In this document: piece by piece, positions 13,610 to 27,037 of the stretch
How the letters are laid out: every line of letters starts with the position of its first letter
Position numbering within the stretch: the first letter of the stretch is position 1
Origin: Eledone cirrhosa
Taxonomy: Eukaryota
Length of the DNA: 64,000 nucleotides
Direction: 5' to 3'
Assembly: GCA_964016885.1 (NCBI GenBank)
Contig: OZ024742.1
Location: 228,780,001 to 228,844,000 of the forward strand
Position numbers and translations under genes: made by a program
Notes under the pieces: model-generated
Told to the model about the DNA's origin: nothing
Database searches by the model: none
The model's input: the letters and a program-made list of their open reading frames with translations, nothing else

Positions 13610-14800
13610 CCCCCCCCCCACTCCCCAGCCCCGGCGGACAAGATGGAGAAGGCGTTCCCACGGAGGACGGCAAGGGAGACGCGCTGGAAAAGCGTCTCCA
13701 AATCGTGGGGTTCACACCTGCGGCTGGCCAGCTCAGCGCCTATGGTGGTGAGTAGGGAGGTAGCCCTAGAGCCGAGGACACCAGAAGTCTCCACTGCCAG
13801 GGGTACAACTGCAAACCTGTCGGAGAGCGACCGGTATTTGAGGATCTTGGCCTCCTCAGCCCGACGTGCAGCAGAACCTGGGTTAGTCGCAGACTGCACC
13901 AGGTTGCGGTTGCAGAAAGTGTCGGTGCAAGTAGCATCCCAGACGAGGGGTTTGCCACCGCGGAACGGGAAGATGGTCATGCTATCTGGCCTTTTGCCAT
14001 CCCCTCAATCCAGCCCCACCGGCTCAAGCTGGGAAGGGAAGCCCGCAGCGTCGAAGCCATGCTTTATGACCTCGCTGCGTGCAGCATGGGGTGGAAGGCG
14101 CCTGGCACTGTGGCGACAGGAAAGCGGGTGGAGGCTGAAAGAGTCCACGGTGGATCCGCAGCGACATTGGTGTGGCTCGCAGATCCGGAGGCCGAGCCTC
14201 AAGGAAACGTCGATGCGCAGGCTATTGTTGTCTAGCTGCGTGCCAGTGGAGAAGGAGGTCAGGGCATGGAGACAGGCACCACTATGGGGTTTGGACGACG
14301 CACGAAAGCAGGCAAGGCGGTGCTGGTCGAGCTGGCGCGTGAGCCTGTCTGACGCCAGGCTGCACTGGATGGCATCCCAAGTGCTTTGGGGGGACTTGAC
14401 GTCAACAGGGGTAGAAGGAGGAGGCACGTCTACTAGGCTACGTCCCAACCGGTCCCACGTCTCACAGGCGGCCTCACGTCCTCTGAACACAGAGGGTTCT
14501 ATTGTGTTTTGAAGAACCCAGCTGACGAGGGCGCGGCACGAGGTTATCGACGAAAGATACGCCGGCAAAGCCAGCCAGATCGGGGACTGGAGGCCAAGGC
14601 CGCCATACCTGACAGGTAAAGTGGCCTGTTGCCATCCAATGTCGTCAAACTTGACGTTGAATATCTCATCGGTTGCTGCTCGGATACAAGTATCGAGGTG
14701 AGCGAGCAGAGATGTGTGGGTGTAGCACGGAGCGCTGCGAAGGGTATAGAGGAGCTTCGGCTGTGGTGGTTAAACACTCTGCTTCGCAACTACGTAGTTT
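13610..14800 (-). mobile_element. 5'-truncated CRE-like non-LTR retrotransposon (RT C-terminus, CCHC finger, restriction-like endonuclease), frameshifted
   Basis: Minus-strand peptides WQQATLPVRYGGLG, CRCGSTVDSFSLHPLSC, EPVGL..RPD..LVWDATC, AEEAKILKY, VPLAVETSG and FQRVSLAVLRGNA are typical of CRE-type RLE elements. The segment is GC-rich relative to its flanks. Confidence 0.85.
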
Positions 14801-15810
14801 TGGGTTTAGGTTCGTTGCGCAGGATCTCGGGTAAGTGGCTTCTACTATCGATTCAGGCTAACCAATGTGAGGGAAATCTGATAGAAGGAGACTAGGCGGA
14901 AGCCCGTCATATATATATATCTCGCTCTGTTCGATCAACAAGATCCCAGACCTCATTCACTTGCCGAGTGGAGTAGATCCCTTCAAATCGGACCAAGGAA
15001 ACAATGTATCTATTGGTCTTTCCATTGCTGATACTATCTACCTGTCGAAACTCCTGGTAGATGGAGTAACGTGAAATAAAGTATCTTGCTGAAGGACATA
15101 ATGCATCACCCGGTCCGATTGCGAATCCCACTCTGCCACTCGCCGTACATAGATATTATAAATATAATATAATATAACGGTTAAGATTTTTATGATAAAC
15201 TTAACGTAAATGATACATTTATATATATACATTTATATACATTTATATATATACTGATACATTTATATATATACATTTATATACATTTATATATATTTGA
15301 CAGAAATATATACATTTGAAATGGTGCGTTCCAACGAAAATGACAATAAAAATAGTAGATAAATACATATATATAATAGTTGGTGACGAAAAACGTGGAC
15401 AGAGGCGTTTATTCGATTTTCTCAACTATTATTTATAGTGATCGACTATCATGGTCGTTTGCATTGGGACGTACTTATTTCAAATTCTAAAATTTCCCAA
15501 TGTTTACTAAGTCATCTGCTTTGTTTATAGACTTAGAGAGAGGTAGAGAGAGAGAGAGTGGGATAGAGAAAGAGAGAAAGAGAGAGCGAGTGAGATAGAG
15601 ATAGAGAGAGAGGAGAGAGAGACACATAACCACAGACACACGCATCTACATGTATGTAGAGAGAGAGAGACAAAGAGAGAGAGAGAGAAAGAGAGAGAGG
15701 GAGAGAGGGAAGAGTTAGAGAGAGAGAGAGAGAGGGGGAAGAGAGAGGGAGAGGAAGAGAGAGAGTGAGTGAAAGAGAGAGTAAGATATATACATCTCTC
15801 TATATATATA

Positions 15811-16015
15811 GGAAAATGTATAACTCCCACGGCAGAGCTCAAGCCATTTCGACGGCTATTTCTGGACAACTATTCTGAGTCCAGAAATAGCCGTCGAAAC
15901 GGCTTGAGCTCTGCCGTCGGGATCATACATTTTCCTATTTCCCACCCTACTACCCTAAGTATTGAGTACTCTGGCGCGTTATGGTTCATCTGGTTCCTTA
16001 CCACAACTCCTTCGT

Positions 16016-16046
<31 letters not shown>

Positions 16047-16102
16047 GGCGGAAGAGAGAGAGAGAGAGAGAAAGAGAGAGAGTGGGAGAAAGGGAGAGTA
16101 AG

Positions 16103-16141
<39 letters not shown>

Positions 16142-16250
16142 TGTATATATATATGGATATATATATATAACGAAGGAGTTGTGGTAAGGAACCAGGTGGA
16201 CCATAAATAGCCGTCGAAACGGCTTGAGCTCTGCCGTCGGGATCATACAT

Positions 16251-16316
<66 letters not shown>

Positions 16317-16573
16317 TGTATATATTTGTATATATATAACGAAGGAGGTGTGGTAAGGAACCAGATGGACCATAACACACCAGAGTACTCAATACTTAGG
16401 GTAGTAGAGTGGGTAATAGGAAAAAGTTTTACCTCGACGGCAGAGCTCGAGCCGTTTCGACGGCTATTTCTGGACTAAATTAGGAATTTTTATTACTACG
16501 CTAAAAATGTTTAAATTAGTCCAGAAATAGCCGTCGAAACGACTTGAGCTCTGCCGTCGGGGTAAAACTTTTT

Positions 16574-16577
<4 letters not shown>
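15811..16577. mobile_element. Three clustered fold-back copies of the 138-bp element
   Basis: Full-length unit GTCCAGAAATAGCCGTCG...CTCCTTCGTT at 15879-16016. Each copy is bounded by (TA)n. Confidence 0.85.
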
Positions 16578-16645
<68 letters not shown>

Positions 16646-17654
16646 TAGATAGAAATAGAGAGAGTGTGATAGAGAGGAAAGAGACACTACCACAGACACG
16701 TATTTATATGGAAAACGAGCCAATAGACAGATCGAACTAAAAACAAATATATATCCATTGGTCTTTACATCGCTGATACTATCTGCCGGTTGCAGCCCTT
16801 GTGTATGTGTGTGTATGTATATATGTGTGTATGTGTGTGTGTATATATGTGTATGTGTGTGTAGGTGTGCGTGTGCGCGCGCGCGCGTGTGTGTGTATGT
16901 ATCTTTGTGCCTGTATCTATGTTCCGTAACTTAGCGATTCGACAAAATGAGATCGATTAGTTATATAGTGGGAGTGTTATAATCGATTACCTCCCTTGAT
17001 GACCGCAGTCTAATGAATAGAATAAAGGAATAACGCCATACATATTGTCATATATATTGTTATAGTAACATATAGTCTTTAATGTTTCAGCTTTGATTTG
17101 TTCACTCAGATGGATATTCAATCAACCACAGTTAACTTACTTCGCTAATTAACACCTGAAATGTGTATGAAAGAGGATTGCAGAAGCATAATTATTAATG
17201 TATGCATGCAATCTCAATGGGATCTCCGTCGATTTCGACGATGAGCATTTAGACTTTCCATTACATAAACGTCAAACTTATAAATAATAGAGAGACAAGC
17301 TTTAGTATTCAGCCCACATCACAAGAAGGCGAGCTGCAAATGAATCTTACAGACGGGAAAGGTGTCAACTTCATTATCAACATTACATTGCATGTAAACA
17401 ACTGTGATAACTGTCAAGAAGGTATTAGTACAACTTAGGGTAAACAACAAGCTGTCATGAGTGCGTGACATACATATATAGCAGGTCCCTCCCCCGCAAA
17501 TATATATACCAGGTCCAAAATATGTACATATATACCAGGTCCGAAACATATATATGTACATCAGGTCCGAATACAAAAGAACAAAACTCTCACCTTCAAG
17601 CCTCCGTCTCTCTCGCTCTCCTCATCTGTCACTATTATGAGCAAATAGTGACGC

Positions 17655-17820
17655 ACTCGTTGACCACCCCGCAACCCCGACGGACAGAATAGAGAAGGCG
17701 TTTCCCCCGAGGAGGGTGAGGAAGATGCGTTGGAAGAACCATTCCAGCTCGTGTGCCTCACACCTGCGGGAAGCCAACTCTGTGCCGATGGTGTTGAGCA
17801 GGGTGAGGTGTGGGGTGATG
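17655..17820 (-). mobile_element. 3'-end fragment of a related CRE-like element
   Basis: Aligns by eye to 13630-13760 (GAGAAGGCGTT.CC.CG.AGGA.GG...CACACCTGCGG). Confidence 0.7.
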
Positions 17821-18125
17821 GTAGAGTCAAATAATCATGTAAGTGTAAGTGGCTGAGCATTCAACAATCACGTGTGCCCATAAAATAATTTCCTCCAATC
17901 AGAATGAGCGTGACACAAAATGTGACAATGCTGGATCTTTGAATTACATATTGTGTCACACAGATTGGCGTGGGAGTTACGATAAATGTACACATAGTTT
18001 TGGAATACTCAACCGCTTATACGTTCAGTTAATTGAATAAGGAAATGTTCATTGTCGAAACCGACGGAGGATACATCCTGTAAATAAACTATAGCTATCT
18101 TCTTCTTCTTCTTCTTCTTCTTCTT

Positions 18126-18188
<63 letters not shown>

Positions 18189-18406
18189 ATTGAATGCCAT
18201 GGTTGACGGAGGCTCGGCTCTGTAAGGTATTGTAAATTTTGACCGCTATAACAATTGTAAATTGTTTAAAACTTTAATCAAATTGTAGACAAAAACACCC
18301 TCCTCCTCGTGAGAGGGGTCTTTCAGTCCGTTATTTGGCCCTTCGGGGTTAAATAACCGCTTATTGGGTTTTGTGCCCAATATTTATTTTAAACCCCCCC
18401 AAAAAC

Positions 18407-20558
18407 ATGGCTACGAAAAAGAATTTTCACAAGTCACTCCCACTCATTCCGTCTTCTTCTTCCTCAATCGTCACTACAGCAGAGAGAAGATTGTCTCTCT
18501 CCCTCCCTTCTCTAAATGTGTCTCTCTCCCTCCCTTCTCTTTCGCAAGCGACGCCAGTAAAGAAAAATCACGTGCAAAGCATGGAACATTTCTCCACGAC
18601 GACGACAACGACGAAAAAGGTGTGCGGTAAATACGAAAACCCATTTCATTCGTCTGACGTCATGAATAATAGCAGTAGCAGCCGTAATAACAACAGCAGC
18701 AGCAACAGTGACAAGGAAAACAACAGTAGCAGCCGAAACAGCATCAGCAGCAGCATAAACAACATCAGCATTAGCAGCAATAGAGACAACAACAGCAGCA
18801 GCAACAACAATAACAACAACCACAGCAACAGCGGCGGCGGCAAGAGTCGTAGTACCTGCAGCAACAACAAAAGTAACAGCAGCTCTGACGACAACAACAA
18901 CAACAGCAGCAAAGAAAAACCAATCTCCTTTGCAGGTATCGCAAAGAACCTGGAAACCATCCTCATAACAAATGAGGAATTACAGGAAGCGAAGAAGATG
19001 GTGACGAAAACCGGACACCGAGCAATCTGCAAGGCAGCCGAAAAATTTTTCGAAACCCAACAGCACTGTACGGTGACGTACCGTACAGTAAGCACAAAAT
19101 TCCGTAGGGTTGAAAGAGCCACAGAGGCTCAAATACAAAAAGCCTTAGGGTCTGTGTGGCAGCGGAAAACGCATATCACCCGAGGCAAGAAATATGCCAC
19201 CGTAGACGTGCTTTTGCCACACCCCAGGAGGCAAACGCTCAATCCTTAGTGACCCTAAGGAGCGAGGAAATGGTGTTGATGCCCTCCTACTGCGGGTAAA
19301 AGATTGTGAGGGTCAAACTGACCCACGCCCCCCCCCCCCCCCCCCCGGGATGGCCCCTTCTTGGCTGTCCGCATCTGTCCTAGTCGGAATCGAGGACAAA
19401 ACAACTGTACTGCAAGTACAGAAAAGAGTAAGAGAAGATTGGGTCGGCACCTCCATTGAGATGTTAATCCAAACCAACCAGGAGTGCATCGAAGCCATCC
19501 CGGATGTGATAAACTTCGATAACGGCACTCAACTGGCCATAAGTGTTGAGGGCAAACGCCCGAAATACTTTCGTTGTGGATCGAAGACTCACCTCAGGGC
19601 CTTCTGCAACGAGAAGACCCTGAGAAAGGAGAAACCCCGCCTCCTTCCGAAACCGGCCCCACTGCTACCAGCAACAGGACAAGCGGCAACCAGGAACGAT
19701 AGGTCAGTGGGACCCATACCCACGCCACAGAAATCAAGAACAGCAGCGGCAGTGGAAGTATTAACAACAACAACAGTAATACCAACTGCAGCTGCAACAG
19801 AGACTCCACTGCAAACATCACCAACAACAACAAGTGAAAGAGTGGAGCTGGTACCCCTCCCCGACCTCACAGAATCAGACATGGAGTGTGAGGTGGGAGA
19901 GGGATGGCAAAAGGTCGCAAGAAGGCACAGACGCAGAAGCAGTGCATCGTCGCCTTCAAAAAGGGAGGAAAGAAATGAAAAAAGAGTAAAGGCTACTGCA
20001 AAGAGACTCACAGCAGCAACACCACCAACACCATCACCACCCACACTAGCACCACCATCACCACCGGCGACAACCCCACCGCCAACAACAACAACAACAA
20101 CATCTTCAACACCACCACCACAAGCACCAACATCGCAAACACAACAACAAAACACACACACCCAGCAACAACGACAAGAAAATAGCAGAACCACACCCCA
20201 CCCCCAGAAAAACAAATGCACGGCAATAAATACACACAACAAGAAACTAATGACTTACATAATTGAACACACAGACATTTCACAGCACGACTACATAATA
20301 CCAGCACCAATCAAAACACCAACGAACACAAGACTGGTAAAAATAGCACAGAAACAATACACAAACATTAAAACGAAATTCCCCAACGCAGTTGGTGATT
20401 TCAGAGACCTAGGAGGGACTCTCAACCGGAGAGTATATTCGGACATACTCATTGAAGAGCCAACGACCAGCCGAAGGGACGATTCAACGGTCCCTTCACC
20501 AGACGATCAAGTGAAAAGGGACGGAGAAACCATCCTTCCTCTACGAAAAGTACGGTAA
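18407..20558 (+). pseudogene. LINE ORF1 (gag-like), broken near 19210-19350
   Basis: Two ORF pieces; knuckle YFRCGSKTHLRAFC (CX2CX4HX4C with the first Cys replaced), preceded by ISVEGKRP. Long S/N and T/P low-complexity tracts. Confidence 0.75.
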
Positions 20559-20592
20559 GTGGTCTTTCCCATCTTTTCCACTCCATTTCAAC

Positions 20593-23500
20593 ATGACCTC
20601 ACTCAGAATAGGCAGCATAAATGCGCGTGGCTTGGGGTCGTCATGGAAGCAGGGCCACCTGCTCAACGACCTCAGGTCACTAAACATAGATTTAGTGGCC
20701 ATCAGCGAGACCAGAAACTCCGAAGCACGGGCCTTCGCACCGATCTTCGGCGGCTACGATGTGTACGCATCTCCCAGCCGTCCTGGATCGGGGGGAGAGT
20801 TGCTGTGCTTTTTCGGAGAGGTTTGGATCTCGCCATACGGGCTATCTTCCTGAACCCAGAATGTAATTTGGTGGTGCTGGACGTGACCAGCGGAGACGGG
20901 CAAGCTTTCAGGCTAGTGGCCGTCTATGCCCCGACAGGAGCAGGGCGGCCTGATTTCTTCCGGCGTCTGGAGACCTTTCTTGGAACGTCCCGCTCTTTAG
21001 TGTTAGTGGGCGACTGGAACGGGATCGTAGATGCACGCTGGGACTGTGTGGGATAGGGGAGGAGGGTGCAAGAGCCTCACCAACCTGCTCAGGCGTTTTG
21101 AACTGTCTGACAGGTACCGATTGGATTTCCCGAATGTGCCAATGTGGACTTGGACAAATCGCATAGGGTCATCCAGATCATATCTAGATAGAGTATTTTG
21201 TAGGGAAATAGATAGGTTTAGCATAGGCTGTCCACAATTCAAGATAGTCAGCTACACGGACCACAAATTCATGATCTGTATGCTTGACTTAGATAGGCTT
21301 CATAGACGAGGACCCGGCTACTGGAAGCTAAACGCGTCCTTACCAACGCGCAAGGCCTACAGAGACCGGATTAGCGAACTAGTTAAGCGGGCGTTGACGG
21401 GGGCCATCATCAACCACAAGTGGTGGTTTGCTCTGAAAAGAACGATTAGAATAGAGTCCATTAGGTTTAGTAAGGCTTTAGCAATAGAGAAAAATAGAGC
21501 AGAGGGAGAACTAGTTAGAAAATTAGACGAGGCGCTTAGCAAAGGCATCGCGACTGACGTACTTGCGGCGAAATTGGCCCTTGACCAATTCTTCAATGCA
21601 AAGCACGAAGGCTGCGTTGTCAGAGCTAGGGTGCGTGCTCTCAGACACGAGGGGACGAAAGCCGTTCAATGGGCCCGAGTGGCGGAGGCGCGTCGTGGCA
21701 ACAAAGCCACGATCCGGTCTTTGGTGGACCACGACGGGCGCATGCTACTCGATCCCGGGCAAATGTGTGAAGCTTTTCAGCGACACTTCGCTCAGCTGTT
21801 CGGGTGCAGCGGTGGGCCGGGTCGAGGGATGGACTTTAGTGTCTACCTCGAAGGACTGCCGCGGCTCTCGGCCACTGAGGCGGAGTGTTGCGAAAAGCCG
21901 ATAACAGCCGCTGAAGTAAGGGAGGCAATGACTGGCTGCACAAGCGGTAAATCGCCTGGTTTGGATGGTCTGCCCTATGAACTTTACGTACAGATGCCAG
22001 ACTTGTACGGAGGCCTCTTGGCGGACGTCTACTGGAACTGGCAACAGAACGGGAGAATTCCCAGCTCTGTGAGTCGAGGAGCGGTGGCACTGCAGAGAAA
22101 GGATCCGAACAAGGGGGAAACATAGATAATTTCAGGCCCATAACTCTGCTAAATACAGAGTTCAAGATTTTGGCCAAGGTGCTAGCAAAGAGATTGGCGC
22201 TTGTCGTTGGTGGTCTGGTGGGAGAGGCTCAGACATGCACCATTCCCGACAGATCCATCCACGACAACCTCCACCTCATGCGATACATCGTAGAGAGGGT
22301 AGCTAGGGACCTGGCACGGGTGGGTCCTTGATCAATTTAGATCAGTCGAAAGCTTTCGATAGGGTCGACCATCGTTACCTAGCGGCAGTCCTGAGGGCGC
22401 CTGGCTTTGGGCCCGTCTTCAGAGGCTGGATCGCTGCCATGCACAGCCACATCTGCTCTGTGGTGAGAGTGAACGGTCACCTTTCCGAACCGTTCAACAT
22501 CATGCGCTCGGCCCGCCAAGGATGTCCCCTCTCGTTCCTCTTGTACGTATTGACTCTCGAGCCATTACTGCACAAACTGGAGACGTTGAGGGGCGTCCCG
22601 CGCGAACTAGGATGCGGAAGATCCGTGTCAGCATATGCGGATGATGTCACCGTAGTGGTGTCGAACGCCAAACACATCGAGGCGATCGGCACTACACTAA
22701 GAGAATACGAAGCGGTGACAGGAGCAATGATCAACCAGGAAAAGTCAGTGGGCCTGCAGCTCGGCACCTGGAGAGGCAGGTCCATGCCGTCCAACAGCGT
22801 CGTCGGACGCTGGACGGACGGACCGGTTAAAGTGCTAGGGGTCTGGTTCGGTCCGGACCTCCAGACGGACAAAAACCGGGACGAGGTGACGAGCAGGGTG
22901 GCTTCTCTCACCCAGAAATGGGCGGAGAGGAAGCTATCCCTGAAAGGTCGAGCGAAGGTGGCTAACGCGTACATCGCGTCTGTCATCTGCTACCGCCTGA
23001 CCGTCGTACCTTGTCCTAAGCCCCGCCTGACTGCGCTGGAGCGTTTGCTCTTTCGCTTTTTGTGGAAGGGACGCGCTCCGATGGTCAGGCGGTCCATCTG
23101 TTGTCCACACCCACTACGTGGAGGGCTGGGCATGCCGTGGCTGATGATGCGAAGACACGCGCTCAGGCTACGACATCTCCTCCTCTTCCTCGACGTTGAT
23201 CAGGTGTGGTCGCCGTTTGCTAGACACGTATTTCCCCAGCTCGTTTCCTTGACGGAGCTGCAGTCCTGGGTCAAGCGAAGACTGAGAGGGAGCGCCTGGA
23301 GACTGGAATGTCTTCAGGCGCTCAAAGCCCTCGACCAATCGGGCAATGTGATCGGTGGAAACTCCACCTCGGCGTTCTATAGAGGATTAGTGGAGGGGAA
23401 GAGCGACGACGTACTTGGGGAAAATCTAGGCGTCGACGAAAATCAACTAGCCAATCTCTTCGGAAGAACTTTCGGGCCAGGGCCTATGGACAACTTCCAG

Positions 23501-23960
23501 AAATCTCTGGCCTGGCAGTGCTACCGAGGAGCCATGCCAGTTCGGGATAAACTCTACAGGCATGGAGGTGCCGTCAGCCGGGCATGTCCGAGATGCGCGC
23601 AGGGCGACGAAACCGTCCTGCACGCACTCGTCCAGTGTCTGAAAATAGCTGACTTGTGGGTTTATGTCGAACACCTGCTGTCGCGTGTAGGACGGATCCG
23701 GCTATCATCTGAGTCCATCGTGAGGATTGCCCCGCCGGGAAGGGCAGGCGAAAGAGATAGTATGGTGAACACGTTTGAAAAGGTTGAAGACGAGCACTTA
23801 CCTCTTCGGTGATGCCCTGATTAACTTTTTCAAATTTCATTTGAAAAGGAAAATCAGGGTAGAGAGGGAAATGCTCTCTTCCCAGCATTTTGTTGAAAGA
23901 TGGGTGAGAGAAGCAAGTATGGCCCGAGTGAATGGGCCTACTCTGAGTATGTGTCTGTAA
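20593..23960 (+). pseudogene. LINE ORF2: apurinic endonuclease, reverse transcriptase and Zn finger, about 5 frameshifts
   Basis: GSINARGL, AISET, VYAP, VGDWN, SYLDRV, TDH (APE); KSPGLDGLP, LDQSKAFDRV, RQGCPLS, AYADD (RT); GGLG; CPRC..ETVLHALVQC. Confidence 0.92.
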
Positions 23961-24231
23961 ATTAAAGGTGGAAAACTGGGAGAGGGCACTTGCGCTGGTG
24001 GTCAGGGTCACTGTGGCCTTTTAATGGGCTTTCTCCACAAATGTTCCTCGGAAGTCTCCCCCCTATTGGGGAATTTTTCATTGTTATTTTTTTGTTACAT
24101 CCTCTGTTTTTGTTTTTTTACACGCAGAAATGCCCATTTGTACCGTCCTGTATTGTCCTGTACTGTCCTTAATGTCTACTTTATGTAAACCCTTGTGGTT
24201 AATAACGAAAGCATTATTATTATTATTATGT

Positions 24232-24420
24232 GAATTGGCAGTATCGGTAGAGGGTTGGACGCCATGCTTTCTAGCATAGTTACGTCCCTTTACAGTCTGA
24301 GTTCAAATCCCGCCGAGGTTAACTTTGCCTTTCATCCTTACGTGGTCGATAAAATAAAGTACCAGTAATGTACTGGGGAATTGCTGGCCTTGTGCCTAAA
24401 GTAGAAACAATTATTATTCA
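24232..24420 (+). mobile_element. Meta-core tRNA SINE
   Basis: Same A box, B box and core as 1343-1489, plus tail ATTGCTGGCCTTGTGCCTAAAGTAGAAAC. Confidence 0.88.
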
Positions 24421-24732
24421 GAGATCCATATAGAAACTTGTTTGTGGAATCACTAACAATCAAGTCTGCCATGACAGTGTGTACCATGTTTTCACTAGGA
24501 TGTTTAGGAACCCATGCCATCGTGAGCAGACATAGACCGCTTCTCAATGTTCCGTCCTAGGATCCTGCAGAACCTCCAGGGTGAGATAGCTGGAAGAAGG
24601 TTGCACCAATACTGACATAGCACTTTCTTTTACGACCCCGAAAGGACGAAAGGCAAAGTGGTTCTCGGCGGGATCTAAACCCATAAACTAACGACTCAAT
24701 CAAATCGACCACCTATCCTGTGTGTGTATGTG

Positions 24733-24794
<62 letters not shown>

Positions 24795-25346
24795 TGTGTG
24801 TATTTATGTCAGCTCACTCTTCAGTGCTACTGGTAACAAGTAACCCAGTACAACGTGTGTATGGTCGGGTCCTCGGCGACTAAACCGGCAACCCCACCCT
24901 TGGCAATGAGGATGATTTTAGACAACTTGCGGGATGAAAAACAAGACCCGTCAAAGGGCGGACGAATTCAGGAGAGTCAACGGCCATCCAATAAAGATTT
25001 TTTTGTTGTGGAGTGAGGGACTCCTAGTCTTCATTAAGACATCTCTGTGGGGGAAGGTCACTCTGATATAAAACCTGTGACTTCCTTTTTATCCAATGAT
25101 GTAGACTAGTTCTACTTTTGGGTAAATGCATTCGATGTTCAAACAGTGAGAATGGCCCTGTGCAAAGCCTTTCCACACTTAAAAAAATATGAAGCACAGG
25201 CATCGCTTGATATGTGAAATTGTTTGCGATGCTTGGCATTGTGGGCCATAGAGAAATCCTTAGTAGGACAAAAATGCCGCATCCGTGATGTTCATGCTTA
25301 AGTATCAAATGATAGCATTACACGAAATTGAGTTGCAGCCATCACC

Positions 25347-25379
<33 letters not shown>

Positions 25380-25896
25380 TGTATGTATGTATGTATGTAT
25401 GTATGTATAGATGGATGCATACAAATGCAAGTATGTATGTATGTATGTATTTGTATGTGTGTATATATGTAGGTGTGTGTATGTAGATGTGTGTGTATAG
25501 ATATGTGTAAGTATAGATATGTGTAAGTATATATGTATGTGTCTGTAATTACGTATGTAGGTGTATGTATTAAATATACCCATTAATGAAATAGTAAATT
25601 AGAATAAATATATTCTTCTAAATCCATAGTGGAACAATACTCTTCTCAGTCAGTAATAAGCTCTATTTGCAGACCTCTTATGGCAGTCTTGCTAAATTAT
25701 AGCAATTTAACCAAATCTGTTCCCCATTCTTGACTGAACCAGTCGCGCCATCTTGCTAAGTAGCTATCGTTATATTCCATATAATTGGGAGATTAACTGA
25801 AATTTCGGTCAAGTGATCTTTCAGAGGAAATCGTGATGCAACTGACATATCTATAAATAGGATCAGATTACATACGGAAATAGTTTTATTCTTTAG

Positions 25897-25965
<69 letters not shown>

Positions 25966-26045
25966 ATACACACGTGCTTTTCTAAAAAAAAAAAAATCCC
26001 GTTCCTTCTCATTATCTTTCTATTTCATCTTTTATTTCTCATTCT

Positions 26046-26083
26046 ATCTTCTGATGAAGGACTAGTGACCGAAACATAAAGAT
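26046..26083 (+). ncRNA. Degenerate minimal hammerhead
   Basis: atctt CTGATGA agg actagtga cc GAAA CA TA aagat. Stem III reads ACAT rather than palindromic ACGT. Confidence 0.55.
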
Positions 26084-26189
26084 TCCTTTCCTACTATATC
26101 AAGCGTTAAACTAATATATTTCTTCATTGTACTGAGTTGTTTGCTTTGTTTTTTCCGTTTATCTTTTGCACACACACATACAGATACAT

Positions 26190-26287
<98 letters not shown>

Positions 26288-26362
26288 TCCGGAGCTTCCA
26301 ACAGTAATGGTTGCATTTTTTAAGGGTATGTCAATATCTATTTATAAAACTGATCTATATTG

Positions 26363-26427
26363 TATTTTGTCTGATGAAAGCACACCATAATTTAACGTGG
26401 TATCCTTGAAATATGTATAATAAAATA
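26363..26427 (+). ncRNA. Type I hammerhead ribozyme; a rearranged homologue lies at about 3850-3901 (-)
   Basis: tattttgt CTGATGA aagcacacca..tggtatcctt GAAA TATGTA TA ataaaata. 8-bp stem I. Confidence 0.75.
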
Positions 26428-26837
26428 AATATGGTTTTATAAATATAGTTTCCATTTGTTAATATCGTATATATATATATATATAGTAATAATAAATGTG
26501 AAGACAATATATATATAAAATAGACTATGTGTGTGTCTGTCTGTTTCCGCGTAACTTCTACAACTTGCAACCGATTTTCTTTAAATTTGGCACAAACATG
26601 CGTTATGCTCCTGACTTGCGTACGAACTCATTACATGTTCATGTTGTGTCTACTGCGCCCTCTATAAGAGAAAACCCGACTAAAAAAAATCATTTTTGTC
26701 AATAACTTCTAGTTTACAGTTTTTTTATCCATATACTACTTATAGACCGTACTAACACATTCAATTATTTCATCGGCTTAAACTATAGATCAAAGGTTTA
26801 ACAATAAGTCGTTTTACAGTCTTTCATTTTACGGAAC

Positions 26838-27037
26838 NNNNNNNNNNNNNNNNNNNNNNNNNNNNNNNNNNNNNNNNNNNNNNNNNNNNNNNNNNNNNNN
26901 NNNNNNNNNNNNNNNNNNNNNNNNNNNNNNNNNNNNNNNNNNNNNNNNNNNNNNNNNNNNNNNNNNNNNNNNNNNNNNNNNNNNNNNNNNNNNNNNNNNN
27001 NNNNNNNNNNNNNNNNNNNNNNNNNNNNNNNNNNNNN
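26838..27037. other. Assembly gap (200 N)
   Basis: Run of N characters. Confidence 0.99.

Larger units (their letters stand above)
18323..24212 (+). mobile_element. Near full-length Tx1/L1-type LINE, inactivated
   Basis: Two-ORF layout, APE-RT-Zn ORF2, T-rich 3' UTR ending next to (ATT)n. The 5' boundary is uncertain (about 18190-18323). Confidence 0.9.

Noticed and set aside
13643-14512. 289-aa plus-strand ORF
   Set aside because: Antisense shadow of the GC-rich CRE-like coding sequence; the conserved motifs are on the minus strand.
19589-20242. 217-aa hydrophobic minus-strand ORF (and 18646-19122)
   Set aside because: Antisense of the low-complexity LINE ORF1.
26798-27037. C-terminal part of the 634-aa ORF
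   Set aside because: It reads through N characters; the sequence beyond the gap shows no PLE endonuclease motifs.
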